Part shown: piece after piece, positions 26,803-37,933 of the stretch
Layout of the letters: each line of letters opens with the position of its first letter
How positions within the stretch are numbered: position 1 is the first letter of the stretch
Source of the DNA: an uncultured delta proteobacterium
GTDB lineage: Bacteria; Myxococcota_A; Polyangia; Polyangiales; JAFGIB01
DNA: 64,000 bases
NCBI GenBank assembly: GCA_963778655.1
Contig: CAVZVA010000010.1
Coordinates: forward strand, 1,088,001-1,152,000
Direction of reading: 5' to 3'
Position numbers and translations under genes: made by a program
The notes under the pieces: generated by a model
What the model was told of the DNA's origin: nothing
Database searches by the model: none
What the model saw: only the letters and a program-made list of their open reading frames with translations

Positions 26803-28545
26803 TCAGCCGGCTCGCGTGCGCCTGCGCCGCCACAGCAGCCATAGCACGCCCAGCCCCGGCCAGGCCACGTTGTAGGCCAGCGCGGGGCTGACGCGGCACG
26901 CGCTCGACGCCGGCGGCGACACCGTCGCGGCGCTTGCGCTTGCGACGCCCGTGCTCATCGGCGGGTCGACATTCCAGTCCGCGACCACGGCGTCGATGTC
27001 GGCGGCGGCGTCGGCCTCGACCGCGGGCGCGCCCTGCAGCGGCACCATCTCGATGCGCTCGGTGTACGGCAGCTTGGCCAGGCTGCCCGGCCAACTGAAG
27101 CCCAGATCGGTCGTGACCTCGCGTCCGTCCGGCAGCGTCAGCGCGGGCGCGCCCTTACACGGGATCAGCTCGTCGGCCCAGCGCTCGCGCGCCACCGCCG
27201 GCAGGTCGTCACGCTCGTGGAACACCGGATCGGCTGTCATCTCATCGGGCGACAAGAAGGTCAGCAAGCGCGTGAGGTAGGGCTGCTGCTCGAGCAGCTG
27301 GGCCGCGTGCTGCGCGGGCGCCACGACCCGCTCGGCATAGTCGCTGGCGAACGCGTGCGCGTCCCAGGCCGACGTGTCGAGCTGATCGGCCGCGCACGAC
27401 AGGCAGCTGTAGAATGCGCTCTCGCTGGTGCCGGCAGGGGCCGGGATGTAGCGCTGCAGCAGCGGCAGCACGAGCGGGTGCGGGAACACACACACGCCCG
27501 TGCTGCAATCGATCTGGCCCTGCTTGCGCAGCTCCGCCAGCGCTTGCGCCGGCGTCGTGCCCTCGAACGCGTCGGCGTTCCAGGTCGGGTCGGACAGCTT
27601 CACCATGCTCTGGCCGACCACACTGCTGGGCCCGGCGTATTCGGTGACGAAACCGTGCCCGTCGCCGGTCTCGTCGGCGGCGCGCGCCACCACGTTCTCG
27701 TAGTTCGAGGCGTAGGTGGGCCAGTCGAGCTTGACGTCGTCGAGCACCAGCTGGCGATAGTTCGTCGGCACCATGCGGCCCTGGCCGAGGAAGAACACAC
27801 GCACGCGCATGTCGGGCGTCGCCGCGACCGCGGTCAGCTGCAGCGGAATCGAGGCCCGCGTGCCGGGGTAGCGAAACACGATCGGATGGATCTCCTTGAC
27901 GTCGGCGCCGGGCGCGAAGCGCACCGCCGCGAACACAGAGCCGGCGTCCACGTAGGGCTGCAGCAGCGCGAGCGAGCGCGCGGGCAGCTGGAACGCGTTG
28001 TCGCTCAGCCATTGCAGCACTTCGTCTGCGCTCTTGGGCTGCAGGATGGTCACGTCGAAGCTGCCCACGGTCTTGCCGATCGGGTCCATCATCTCGGCGG
28101 CGTTCTCGCGCTTCATCGCCACCCCACCGAGGCTCGCGGAGCTGGCGCTGCCGCCGGCACAGCCCTGGCTCTCGCTGGTACGCGTGCTGCCGTCGCAGCG
28201 CATCTGCGTGGTACGAATACCGTACAGCGGCGTGCTGCCTGCGAGCAGCGCGTCGAACAGCAGCTGCGAGCCGACCGACACCTCGGGCACGGCCGGCATC
28301 GGCACCAGCCAGGCGAAGCGCGCGGGATCGCCCTGATAGCGGATCTGTACGTGCGCCTCCACGTAGCCGTCGCCTTCGACGAAGAGCACGTTCTCGCCGC
28401 TCTGATCGACGGTCATGGGCACCGACTGGGCCGTCGGTCCAATCGGTCCGGCGTCGCAAAAAGTACCGCCGCAAGCACGCGTCACGGACGGCGCTGCGGC
28501 GGTCGATAACAAGACAAAGCAAGCCAAGCCAAGCCAAGCGCGCAA
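26803..28545 (-). CDS. DUF2330-type exported protein with MYXO-CTERM-like tail
   Basis: RACGGTFC after the signal peptide, [32 protein letters not shown]; tail SACRVS...hydrophobic...RRRR. GGGAGG lies 5 nt before TTG 28545. Confidence 0.75.
   Translation of the reverse strand: MRAWLGLACFVLLSTAAAPSVTRACGGTFCDAGPIGPTAQSVPMTVDQSGENVLFVEGDGYVEAHVQIRYQGDPARFAWLVPMPAVPEVSVGSQLLFDALLAGSTPLYGIRTTQMRCDGSTRTSESQGCAGGSASSASLGGVAMKRENAAEMMDPIGKTVGSFDVTILQPKSADEVLQWLSDNAFQLPARSLALLQPYVDAGSVFAAVRFAPGADVKEIHPIVFRYPGTRASIPLQLTAVAATPDMRVRVFFLGQGRMVPTNYRQLVLDDVKLDWPTYASNYENVVARAADETGDGHGFVTEYAGPSSVVGQSMVKLSDPTWNADAFEGTTPAQALAELRKQGQIDCSTGVCVFPHPLVLPLLQRYIPAPAGTSESAFYSCLSCAADQLDTSAWDAHAFASDYAERVVAPAQHAAQLLEQQPYLTRLLTFLSPDEMTADPVFHERDDLPAVARERWADELIPCKGAPALTLPDGREVTTDLGFSWPGSLAKLPYTERIEMVPLQGAPAVEADAAADIDAVVADWNVDPPMSTGVASASAATVSPPASSACRVSPALAYNVAWPGLGVLWLLWRRRRTRAG
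28520..28539. repeat. (CAAGC)4 simple sequence repeat in the signal-peptide codons
   Basis: Read directly from the sequence. Confidence 0.8.
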
Positions 28546-28737
28546 AGCACCCTCCCTCGTGTCCCGCGAGGCGCGCCCCGGACACCGGTCGCGCCCGGAC
28601 CCACGTACGCGGAGCAATGGCTGTGCCAGTTGCGCTTGCGGCGTGGTGCAGGCGGCTCCGCACCGGCCCAACGCTGCCGCAATGCTGCTGCGGTCTCGCG
28701 CGCTTACGCCGCCGTCCGAGTCGCCGCGCGCGCCCGG

Positions 28738-29580
28738 CTAGCGGGCCCCTTGCTGCGCGAGCGCGCCGGGTGCGCGCTGCCCGCTCATGACATCGATGTC
28801 CGGGCCCGAAGGCCTGTGATCGCGCTGGGCGGCCCGCGGCAGCAGCAGCGCGAAGGGATCGCCGGGCGCACCCAGCCCCCGCAGCGAGCTGGCCCCGGCG
28901 ACGCCGTGCAGCGAGATCCAGCGCGCGCTCAGGCGGTGCAGGGTGGCGACTTTCGCGCCCGTGCGAAGAGTCTGCCAGCGTTCCCAGCTCGCCTTCACCC
29001 CGCCCAGCGGCATGATCGACACCCACATCTTCCAGGCGCGCGGCAGGCCGCCCGTGCCCGGCAGCCACAGATAGCTGTCGCCGGCCGTCAGCTCGCCGCG
29101 CGAGTACCGCACCAGCAGCGTGCGCTCGCCGTCGGGCAAGCGCACCAGCTCGCGCGCGACGCCTGGATCGAATAGGGTGGCCAGCGGGTTGAGCCAGAAG
29201 CTGTCGTGCGCGAAGAAGCGCGATGCGCGGTCGAGCAAGTGGCGCGCGGAGTCGCCCCACAGCGGCAGGCCGTCGTGGAACACGCGCCCGTCGTGCGACT
29301 TCAGCCGCAGCAGCACTCGTTCGTCGTCCCATTCCACCCGGGCGAAGCCGCGCTCGCGATCCCACAGGTAGCGCCGCGAGCTTCCGAATTGGAAGCGCAC
29401 CGCCAGCGTGCGCTTCCAGGCCTCGACGTCCACGGCCTGCTGCAGCGCGTGCGCCAACGCATCGGCTTCAGCGCCGGTCTGGCCGTGCGGCAGCGGCTCG
29501 CTCAGGGTGTAGTAGAGCACCAGGCCGAGCCCCGGCAGGGCCAGCAGCGTCGCGATGAGCCATTTGGCCGAGCGCCGCAT
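28738..29580 (-). CDS. Hypothetical membrane-anchored protein
   Basis: N-terminal TM helix and Trp-rich globular domain (LWDRERG, DSFWLNP, GDSYLW). Confidence 0.7.
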   Translation of the reverse strand: MRRSAKWLIATLLALPGLGLVLYYTLSEPLPHGQTGAEADALAHALQQAVDVEAWKRTLAVRFQFGSSRRYLWDRERGFARVEWDDERVLLRLKSHDGRVFHDGLPLWGDSARHLLDRASRFFAHDSFWLNPLATLFDPGVARELVRLPDGERTLLVRYSRGELTAGDSYLWLPGTGGLPRAWKMWVSIMPLGGVKASWERWQTLRTGAKVATLHRLSARWISLHGVAGASSLRGLGAPGDPFALLLPRAAQRDHRPSGPDIDVMSGQRAPGALAQQGAR

Positions 29581-29670
29581 GACCCAGAGGGTAGCAGGCC
29601 TCGCGCGGAGCGGAAGAAGCGGCAGGTTGCGACTTCATGACGCAGGGGTTTCGCCTGCAATGGCCGTCGC

Positions 29671-30726
29671 TTACAGCGGTTGCACGAGCTGAGGGACGCG
29701 GCCGCGAGCCAGGTCCTCCAGCAGCTGCTGCCCCAGGCGCTCGCTCGCGGCGGCCGCCGCACGCCAGCGCGCGATGCGCTCGAGCGTGCGCAGTCGGGTG
29801 AAATCGTCGCGCGTCGGCACCTGGCCGCCGGGCAGCTCCGCCATGAAGCTCGCGCTCGGATAGACCAGCAGCAGCCGGTCCTGCGCCGCTGCTGCGGGCG
29901 CCCGCCAGGGCAGGTACTTGTCGAACCACGCCGGCACCACCCGGCGCTGGTGGCTGAACAGCAGCGACAGCCCGTGCGCGTCGCCCAGCGGCTGGCGCAC
30001 GTGGTAGTCGCCGAAGCCGCCGTCGATGTAGCGCGCGTGTGCGCGCTGCGGCGAAAGCGCGACCGGTGCCATGTAGAGCGGAACCGTGCCGCTGGCGAGC
30101 GCGACTTCGTGCAGGCTTGCGGCCTCGAGCGCAGCGCGCCGCGAGTCGCTGTGCGCGAGCCACGCTTCGGGCAGCCCCGGGCTCGTAAACAGCGTGGGCT
30201 CGAGGAACAGCCGGCCAGCGCGCGGGTGCAGCGCGTGGCCCAGGGCGGCCACGCCCAGCGCGAGCTGCTGCACGCGCGCGTGCGGCGAGCCGACCGCGCC
30301 GCGCGCGCGCACGGCGTGGATCGCCAGCTGAAAGCTCGGGTGCGCGAGCGCGTGGCTGGCGTGTGCCGGTGGCAGCACCTCGTTCAGCAGCGCGCGATAG
30401 GCGTCGCTGATCTGCTGTGGCGTGTGGCGCGCGCCGAACGCCATCGAGACGTAGCCCTCGAGCAGCCGTTCGTGCGCGTGCAGCGGCTCGGGGCTGGCGT
30501 ACGCCAGACAGCGCCAGGCGCCGGCCGAGGCGCCGGCCAGCAGCACAGGCGCGCCATGCTCGAGCAGCCGCGCGCGCAGCAGCGCGCGGTCGAAGCCCAC
30601 CGCGACCAGCCACTTGGGTCCGCTGGCCGGCGCGATCAGGGTGCGGATCTGGGAGGTGGCGAAGCCTTCCGACCTGATGCGCGCCAGGGCGGCCGGGCCG
30701 GCGCGGTACTCGAGCAGGCGTGTCAC
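29671..30726 (-). CDS. Patatin-like phospholipase family protein
   Basis: ASGPKWL oxyanion region, GASAG nucleophile elbow, YIDGG. Confidence 0.75.
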   Translation of the reverse strand: MTRLLEYRAGPAALARIRSEGFATSQIRTLIAPASGPKWLVAVGFDRALLRARLLEHGAPVLLAGASAGAWRCLAYASPEPLHAHERLLEGYVSMAFGARHTPQQISDAYRALLNEVLPPAHASHALAHPSFQLAIHAVRARGAVGSPHARVQQLALGVAALGHALHPRAGRLFLEPTLFTSPGLPEAWLAHSDSRRAALEAASLHEVALASGTVPLYMAPVALSPQRAHARYIDGGFGDYHVRQPLGDAHGLSLLFSHQRRVVPAWFDKYLPWRAPAAAAQDRLLLVYPSASFMAELPGGQVPTRDDFTRLRTLERIARWRAAAAASERLGQQLLEDLARGRVPQLVQPL

Positions 30727-30917
30727 CGCGCGCCGGCATAGCCGGCCGAGCGGTCGGGCACAAGCCGGTCGCGGGGTGCCACCGCGGGCGGCCAACGAGC
30801 AGGTGACGCCGGAGCCGGAGCCGGGCACACTGGGCGGGTCGAGGCCATGGCGTCCTGCCGAATCGAAATCAACGCCGGCTTCACGCGCCCTGCGCCGATC
30901 GCGGGCCAGCCGCCGAG

Positions 30918-32222
30918 GTGCGGGTGAGCGCTGAGCGCGCGGACGTGGTGGTGATCGGCGCGGGCGTGAGCGGGCTCTCGTTCGCTTGCTGGTGGCGCGA
31001 ACGCCGGCCGGGCGCGCGGGTGGTCGTGCTCGAGCGCGAGGCCGAGCCCGGCGGCTACTGCCGGACGGTCGCGCGCGACGGCTTCGTTTGGGACTACTCC
31101 GGGCACTTCTTTCACTTCCGTGATCCGTCGATCGAAGCCTGGTTGCGCGCGCGCATGCCGGGCGAAGATGTGCGCACGGTGCAACGGGTGGCGAAGATCC
31201 GCTACGCGGGCCGCGACATCGACTTCCCGTTCCAGAAGCACATCCACCAGCTCCCGCTGCAGGAGTTCCTCGAGTGCCTGACCGAGCTGTACTTCCGGCC
31301 CGAGGGCGACGGGCCGCCGCGCTCGTTCGGGGAGATGCTGTACCGCCGCCTGGGCAAGGGCATCACCGACAAGTTCTTGCGGCCGTACAACGAGAAGCTG
31401 TACGCGACCGATCTCGACACGCTGGATCCGGACGCGATGGGGCGGTTCTTTCCCCACGCCGAGATCGCCGACATCATCGCGAACATGCGGCCGGGGGCGC
31501 GCAGCCACGGCTACAACGCGAGCTTCACCTATCCCGCCGGAGGCGCGGTGAGCTACGTGCGCGCCCTGGCGCGCGATCTGCCGCCCGGCGCGATCGCCTG
31601 CAACGAGCCGGCCCTCGCCATCGATCTGGACGCGCGGACGGTGACCACGCCGCAGCGCACGATCGCGTTCGGGCACGTGGTGAGCTCGGCGCCCCTGCCC
31701 GCGCTGGCGCGGATCTGCGGGGTTGCCCACGAGCGTGCGCTGTTCAGCTCCAACCAGGTGCTGGTGTTCAATCTCGGCTTCGATCGCAAGGGGGCCGACG
31801 GCGTGCACTGGATGTACTTCCCGGACCCGTCGATCGTGTTCTACCGGGTGGGCTTCTACGACAACATCCTGGGCGGCGACCGCATGAGCCTGTACGTCGA
31901 GATCGGCGCACCCGATGGCGCGGCCTTCGACGTGCCCGCGCTGCGCGCGCGCGTGCTCGCGGACCTGGCGGCCGAGCGCATCGTCACCGACCAGCGGCTG
32001 ATCGCCGAGCACCACGTGGCGCTCGACCCCGCGTACGTGCACATCACGCGCGGCTCGCTGGCCGAGACGGCGCGGTTGCGCGCGCTGCTCGCCGCGCGCG
32101 GCGTCCACTCGGTCGGCCGCTATGGTGGGTGGACCTATTGCTCGATCGAGGACAACCTGATCGAGACGCGCGCGCTGGCGGCCGAGCTGGACGCCGATCC
32201 GGCTGCGCGCTCACCGGGCTGA
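30918..32222 (+). CDS. FAD-dependent oxidoreductase (protoporphyrinogen oxidase / UDP-galactopyranose mutase-like)
   Basis: [42 protein letters not shown]. Confidence 0.8.
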   Translation: MRVSAERADVVVIGAGVSGLSFACWWRERRPGARVVVLEREAEPGGYCRTVARDGFVWDYSGHFFHFRDPSIEAWLRARMPGEDVRTVQRVAKIRYAGRDIDFPFQKHIHQLPLQEFLECLTELYFRPEGDGPPRSFGEMLYRRLGKGITDKFLRPYNEKLYATDLDTLDPDAMGRFFPHAEIADIIANMRPGARSHGYNASFTYPAGGAVSYVRALARDLPPGAIACNEPALAIDLDARTVTTPQRTIAFGHVVSSAPLPALARICGVAHERALFSSNQVLVFNLGFDRKGADGVHWMYFPDPSIVFYRVGFYDNILGGDRMSLYVEIGAPDGAAFDVPALRARVLADLAAERIVTDQRLIAEHHVALDPAYVHITRGSLAETARLRALLAARGVHSVGRYGGWTYCSIEDNLIETRALAAELDADPAARSPG

Positions 32223-32223
32223 G

Positions 32224-32247
32224 CGGGAGGGGCGCGTGCCCCTCCCG
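32224..32247. repeat. REP-like hairpin between convergent genes
   Basis: CGGGAGGGGC-GCGT-GCCCCTCCCG, perfect 10-bp stem; variant of the hairpin at 21030-21053. Confidence 0.8.
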
Positions 32248-32248
32248 T

Positions 32249-33556
32249 CTACATGCAGCAGGCGGTGAACGGCGTGTCGGCCTGGGCGCTGCCTTCAGGC
32301 GTGCCGCCGCCCGGGGTGCAGCCGCCGCTGCCGGTGATCGCGACGCCGACGCGCACCTTGCCGCTGCTCGGCGTGACCGGCACGCACTCGCCGGCGCTGG
32401 TCTTGCTGGCGAGCGCGCTGCCGCAGCTGGTGTCTGCGTCGTCGTAGACGTTCCAGCTGTAGCTGCAGTCGCTGTCGCAGCTGCACGGGCTGCAGTCGCG
32501 GGTGTCGTTGATCGCGGTGTAGTACACGCGCTTGTCGCTGTAGGGCCCGGCCGGGCAGGCCACGTCGCCTTGCTGCACGATGCAGTAGGGGCCGGCGAAG
32601 GGTCCCTGCGGCGCGCACACGTTGCCCGGGCTGCAGCCGCCGCGGCGCAAGGTATCGGCCGGCGCGCACGCGAGCACGTTTTGCTCCCAGGTCGGGTCCG
32701 TGATCGTCGGGGTCTGGGCGCTCGGCTCGCAGCCGCCGATGCCCGGAGGCAGCTGGGTCTTCAGATAGAAGCTGCTGCCCGAGCCCGACAGGCACGACGA
32801 CGAGAGCTCGACGCAGCCGGTGTCGGCGGTGGCGACGCAGGCGGCGTCCGAGCAATCGCTCTGGGTGGCGGCGCCGAAGCTGAGATAGCTGGCGCAGCCC
32901 GACGAGGCGGTGCAGGTGCAGGTCGAGCACTGCGCGGGATCGCCGCTCGCGCCCGTGCCGCCGCGCATCGCAGCCTGCGCGTAGTCCCCGCTGCACGCGG
33001 GCGGCTTGTCGGCGCCGACGTAGAGCGCGACCGGTCCGCTCCAGCCGTCGGGCGCCTCGCCCAGGCACGTGCGCGCGGCGCAGTCCTCGTCGGCGCAGTC
33101 GATCTTGCCGTCGCCGTCGTCGTCGACGCCGTTGCCGCAGTCCTCGGGCGGCACGGCCGGGCCTGCGTCGCTGGTGCTCATGCTGCCGGCATCGTGCGTG
33201 CCGCCGGCATCGCGCGCGGCGCCCGCGTCACGCCCCCTGCGCCCGGCATCCGAGCCCGCGTCGCCAGCTCCCGCGTCGAGGGTCCCGCCGCCGGTACCGG
33301 CTTGCGCGCCCGAGCTGGAGCCGCAGAGGCACGCGCTGTTGGTACCGTCTGCTTGGCAGTAGATGTGACCGGAGCAGCCGCCGGGCCCGACGCACGAGTA
33401 GGTGCCGCCCTGGCACGACATCTTGTCAGGGGCGGCCTGTTTGCTGCCGCCGCCGCATGCGGCGATCGCGAGCGACAGCGAACCGACCAGCCCAACCCAA
33501 AGCCGCGTGCAGCCCAAGCGCTTCTCCCGGTCCCAGAGCTCAGGAATTTCACACAC
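32249..33556 (-). CDS. Cys-rich lipoprotein (myxobacterial)
   Basis: AIAAC lipobox, DAG linker, EDCGNGVDDDGDGKIDCADEDC motif, Cys-rich C-terminus. Confidence 0.75.
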   Translation of the reverse strand: MCEIPELWDREKRLGCTRLWVGLVGSLSLAIAACGGGSKQAAPDKMSCQGGTYSCVGPGGCSGHIYCQADGTNSACLCGSSSGAQAGTGGGTLDAGAGDAGSDAGRRGRDAGAARDAGGTHDAGSMSTSDAGPAVPPEDCGNGVDDDGDGKIDCADEDCAARTCLGEAPDGWSGPVALYVGADKPPACSGDYAQAAMRGGTGASGDPAQCSTCTCTASSGCASYLSFGAATQSDCSDAACVATADTGCVELSSSCLSGSGSSFYLKTQLPPGIGGCEPSAQTPTITDPTWEQNVLACAPADTLRRGGCSPGNVCAPQGPFAGPYCIVQQGDVACPAGPYSDKRVYYTAINDTRDCSPCSCDSDCSYSWNVYDDADTSCGSALASKTSAGECVPVTPSSGKVRVGVAITGSGGCTPGGGTPEGSAQADTPFTACCM

Positions 33557-33637
33557 TGCGCAAACACGAAATCCCCAAACATATGGAGCGCACGTTGTGT
33601 GCGAAGGCTGCGCGATCGCGCGTTCGGGCGTCGCGCG

Positions 33638-34000
33638 TCACTGCCGAGGAGGAGCGAGCGGCGGCGCGGCCGAGGGTGGGTGACCGGCCGCCGCGCCCCG
33701 CCGTCGCTGCCGATGCCTGTGGCGAGGCGCCATCATCGCCGCGCCGAGCCCTGTGAGCACGACGCCGGCGCCGAGCAGCGGCAGCCCTGTCTTCGGGTCG
33801 GGGTCCGACCGCTCGCAGTCGTCATCGCCATCGTCGTTCGGGCACGCGCCGGTCGCGACCGAGAAGCCGACCAGCGCGGTGAGCACACCGAGCGTGGAGA
33901 ACGCGCGCCCGGTTTGGCGGGTGGTCGCGCAGCCACTGGTGCAGAGCGAGCATGCGACCAGCACGCAGAGACCCGGTGCGGTGCGCTTGCGGGCTCGCAT
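33638..34000 (-). CDS. Small hypothetical membrane lipoprotein
   Basis: TSGC lipobox-like signal and two TM segments; preceded by a sigma54-like promoter. Confidence 0.55.
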   Translation of the reverse strand: MRARKRTAPGLCVLVACSLCTSGCATTRQTGRAFSTLGVLTALVGFSVATGACPNDDGDDDCERSDPDPKTGLPLLGAGVVLTGLGAAMMAPRHRHRQRRRGAAAGHPPSAAPPLAPPRQ

Positions 34001-34013
34001 GGCGACCAGCGTC

Positions 34014-34028
34014 GCAAGGCACATGCCA
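34014..34028 (-). promoter_or_regulatory. Sigma54 -24/-12 promoter
   Basis: Minus strand TGGCATGTGCCTTGC with exact GG-N10-GC spacing. Confidence 0.6.
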
Positions 34029-34177
34029 TGCCGCGGTCCGCGCGAGCGCCGGGAAAGTCTGTGGCCCGGCCGTGCCTGGGCCGCCCGCGACGTGCCGGCG
34101 GTGCCACACGGCTGTGGTCGCCGGTTCACGCCGCGCCCCGTCTTGCCGCGTCGCGCTCCGGGCACGGTCGTTTCCTT

Positions 34178-34192
34178 TGGCACGCCGCGTGC
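34178..34192 (+). promoter_or_regulatory. Sigma54 -24/-12 promoter
   Basis: TGGCACGCCGCGTGC with GG-N10-GC spacing, 49 nt before ATG 34242. Confidence 0.5.
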
Positions 34193-34241
34193 TGCAGGTA
34201 CGATCGGCCCGCAGCCTGTTCCGCCGTGGGCCAGGGGTAAC

Positions 34242-35117
34242 ATGAATCGCAACGCTTTCTTCGTGATGGCGGTGCTCGCGCTGGTGGCCGCGCGCGCCCG
34301 CGCCGAAAGCCGCCCGACGCTGCTCGAGGATCATCAGCCCGGCGCAAAGCCCGCCGCGCTCGAGCTCGGCTTGGGCTGGTACATGGACAAGGATAGCGGC
34401 ACCACGCTGCAGGCGTTCGCTCCGACGCTGGGGGCCCGCGTCTCGCTCTCGGAGCACGCCGAGCTCACGCTCGACTGGCCGTTCGCGTTCGCCTCGGTCT
34501 CGCCCAGCTCGGGCAGCGGCGACAGCAGCTTTCGCACCGCCAATCCGTTCGTGGCCGGGTATTACATGCAGCGGCGTCGCGACGGCTACTTCCGCATCGG
34601 CGGCGGCATCGCGTTCCCGCTCGCGCACGTGGGGCGCTCGGCGCTGAACGGGCTCGGTACCCCGGTGCTCGCGTACGGCATCACGAGCGTCATGCAGGGC
34701 TGGTGGAACATCTGGATGTACTTGCCTGATCACCTCAGCCTGGTGGTGCCGCTGCAGCTCGAGCACCGCAGCGGCGCGCTCGTGCTCGGCGGCGAGCTCG
34801 GCACCGGCTTCCTGCTGCCCACCCGCAGCGGCAGCAGCAAGGTGGACGTCGCGTTCCAGCTGGCGGGCTCGCTCGGCGGGCGCATCGACAACGTGACGAT
34901 CGGAGGCAGGTTGCAGGCGGCCTGGATTGCCACCCTCGATGGCGACAACGCGCAGGTCGCGCTGGTGCCGTTCGTGCAAGCGGACTTTTCGGGCGGCGGC
35001 TTCGTGTACGCGCGACTGCTGCTGAACCTCGATGACCCATTCGGCGTGCTGGGGAGCAACACTGGCCTGGCGGCCAAGGTCTGGGCGCTGGCCCTCGGCG
35101 GCGGCGGGCGGTTCTGA
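34242..35117 (+). CDS. Probable outer-membrane beta-barrel protein
   Basis: Signal peptide (ARA-E), amphipathic beta strands, C-terminal Phe. Confidence 0.65.
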   Translation: MNRNAFFVMAVLALVAARARAESRPTLLEDHQPGAKPAALELGLGWYMDKDSGTTLQAFAPTLGARVSLSEHAELTLDWPFAFASVSPSSGSGDSSFRTANPFVAGYYMQRRRDGYFRIGGGIAFPLAHVGRSALNGLGTPVLAYGITSVMQGWWNIWMYLPDHLSLVVPLQLEHRSGALVLGGELGTGFLLPTRSGSSKVDVAFQLAGSLGGRIDNVTIGGRLQAAWIATLDGDNAQVALVPFVQADFSGGGFVYARLLLNLDDPFGVLGSNTGLAAKVWALALGGGGRF

Positions 35118-35140
35118 CCAGGCATGCGCGCCGCGTCCGC

Positions 35141-35534
35141 TCACGGCGGCAGCGCCAGCTTGGTCGACGCGGGCAGGCGCGAAAGGCGGGTCAGCAGCAG
35201 CGCGGGCTCCTCGTGCCAGCGCACCTCGAAGTCGAACGCGATCTTGTCGCCAGCCCTAAGGCCCTGAAGCGAGACTCCGGGGCCCATGCCGAAGGCCATC
35301 GTCATCGAGGCCATCGTGGCGACGCGTCCGTCGCGACCTTTGAAGCGCGGGACGGCCTCGTGCCGGATCACCACGCGCAGCTCCGCGCCCTGGCCCGAGA
35401 TCGTTTCGAATCCGGCCGCGGACCTGGTAGCGCTCGGGCGCTGCGGGCGTGCCGCCGCAGGTCAGCAAGCTGCAGAGCAGCAGCGGCAGCACGGCGTGCA
35501 ACAGAGGCAGCGTGGGTTGAGGTCGTCGGCGCAT
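35141..35534 (-). pseudogene. CusF-like copper-binding lipoprotein with +1 frameshift
   Basis: YQVRGRI is in one frame and ETISGQGAELRVVIRHEAVP...MASMTMAF...GDKIAFDF in the next; removing one base at 35409-35410 joins them. Confidence 0.7.
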
Positions 35535-35658
35535 GCGGGTGTGGGCGAGCCAACTCAGCCACGCTCGAGACCTTCGCGCCAGCCGCCTCGTGCGTGCTGC
35601 GGCAAAAGGTCGCGGCGGCGCTTTGATCCGCGGGCGCGCCGTGCTACTCGCGCGGGGC

Positions 35659-36381
<723 letters not shown>

Positions 36382-36410
36382 TGCAAGGTCGCCCTTCACG
36401 GACCATGAAA

Positions 36411-36526
36411 CGGGAAGACGGGAAGGCGGGAAGTTGGGACACCTGAGCACCGCCGTTCGGCAGCGCGCTGCCCGCAACAGGCGCGCGACAGGACGCAGCG
36501 CTTCCCGTCTTCCCGCCTTCCTGTGA
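36411..36526. repeat. Long-loop inverted repeat with 8-nt periodic arms (REP-like), copy 1
   Basis: CGGGAAGACGGGAAGGCGGGAAG ... CTTCCCGTCTTCCCGCCTTCCTGTGA between convergent genes. Confidence 0.8.
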
Positions 36527-36565
36527 TCCGAAGAACAGCGGTGCCCGTGACGCCCCGCTGCGCGC

Positions 36566-37894
36566 TCAGCGCTTGCGCGGCCCGCGCACCGCGACGGCCG
36601 CCGCGTGCGCCGTCAGGCCTTCGCGCTGTGCGAAGTCCTGCACCGCCTCCGCGTCCTCGGCCAGCGCCGCGGCGTCGTACTCGATCAGGCTGCTGGCCTT
36701 CAGGAAGTCGTTGACGCTGAGCGGCCCGAAGAACTTGGCCGTGCCGCCGGTCGGCAGCACGTGCGAGGGGCCCGCGAAGTAGTCGCCGAGCGGCACCGGC
36801 GTGCTGGCGCCGACGAAGATCGCGCCCGCGTTGCGGATGCGCGCCAGGCAGCGCGCGTCGTCCGCGGTCATGATCTGCAGGTGCTCGGTCGCGATCTCGC
36901 TCGCCAGCGCGCACGCCGCGTCCAGGCTTTCGGTGACCACGATGGCGCCGTAGCGCTCCAGCGAAGTGCGTGTCATCTCCGCGCGCTGCAGCGTGCCGAG
37001 CTGCGCGTCGATCTCGACCGCCACTGCGGCGGCGAGCGCGCGCGAGGGCGTGAGCAGCAACGCGGCGCCCGGATCGTGCTCGGCCTGCGCGAGCAGGTCC
37101 GCGGCCACGTGCGCGGGCTGCGCGCTGTCGTCGGCCACCACCACCACCTCGCTCGGTCCGGCCACCGAATCGATGCCCACGCGGCCGAACAGCTGGCGCT
37201 TGGCCTCGGCCACGAACGCGTTGCCCGGGCCCACGATTTTGTGCACCGGGCGCAACGATTCGGTGCCGTACGCCATGGCGGCGATCGCGACTGCACCGCC
37301 GAGCTGCACCACTTCGCGGATGCCGAGCTCGCCCGCGAGCGCGAGCGCCAGATCGCTGATGCGGCCGCCGGTGGGCGGCGAGGCCATGACAATCTCGGGC
37401 ACGCCCGCGCATTGCGCCGGCACCACCGTCATCAGCACGGTCGAGGGGTAGAGCGCGCGCCCGCCCGGTACGTACACGCCCACGCGCTCGATCGGCGTGT
37501 AGCGCACGCCGAGCTTGCGGCCGCCGCGCAGCAGCGGCGCCGGATCGCGGTGGCGGATGTGCTCCTGATAGGCGCGGATGTTGTCGCGTACGCGGCGGAT
37601 CAGCGCCAGCAGGGCCGGGTCGGCCGCGGCGTGGGCGCGCGCGATCTCGGCCTCGGGCACGCGGATGGCTTCGGGCGCGATCGCGGCGCGGTCGAGCTTG
37701 GAGGTCAGCTCCGCGGCCGCGCGATCGCCGCCCTGCTGCACCCGGGCCAGGATGTCACTCACGATCGCGGGCACGTCGAGCGGCTGCTTCTCTTCGCTCG
37801 CAACCAGCCCGCCGCTGCGCAGCAGCTGCAACAAGGCCTGCACGCGCGTCGCGTAGTCCGCGCTGTCGTGCTCGATGATGCGCAGGCTCGTCAT
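36566..37894 (-). CDS. hisD: Histidinol dehydrogenase
   Basis: GVYVPGG, KIVGPGNAFVAEAK, AGPSE, DLLAQAEHD, EHL, GDYFAGPSHVLPT. Confidence 0.95.
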   Translation of the reverse strand: MTSLRIIEHDSADYATRVQALLQLLRSGGLVASEEKQPLDVPAIVSDILARVQQGGDRAAAELTSKLDRAAIAPEAIRVPEAEIARAHAAADPALLALIRRVRDNIRAYQEHIRHRDPAPLLRGGRKLGVRYTPIERVGVYVPGGRALYPSTVLMTVVPAQCAGVPEIVMASPPTGGRISDLALALAGELGIREVVQLGGAVAIAAMAYGTESLRPVHKIVGPGNAFVAEAKRQLFGRVGIDSVAGPSEVVVVADDSAQPAHVAADLLAQAEHDPGAALLLTPSRALAAAVAVEIDAQLGTLQRAEMTRTSLERYGAIVVTESLDAACALASEIATEHLQIMTADDARCLARIRNAGAIFVGASTPVPLGDYFAGPSHVLPTGGTAKFFGPLSVNDFLKASSLIEYDAAALAEDAEAVQDFAQREGLTAHAAAVAVRGPRKR

Positions 37895-37933
37895 CGGCCG
37901 GCGAGCTTAGCAGAACGCGAAGGACCGGCCAGG

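Noticed and set aside
31274..34240. Long Ala/Arg-rich ORFs such as this 988-aa frame (also 23014-25554, 36605-38995, 60686-63241)
   Set aside because: Shadow frames of real genes in high-GC DNA, with no recognisable motifs.
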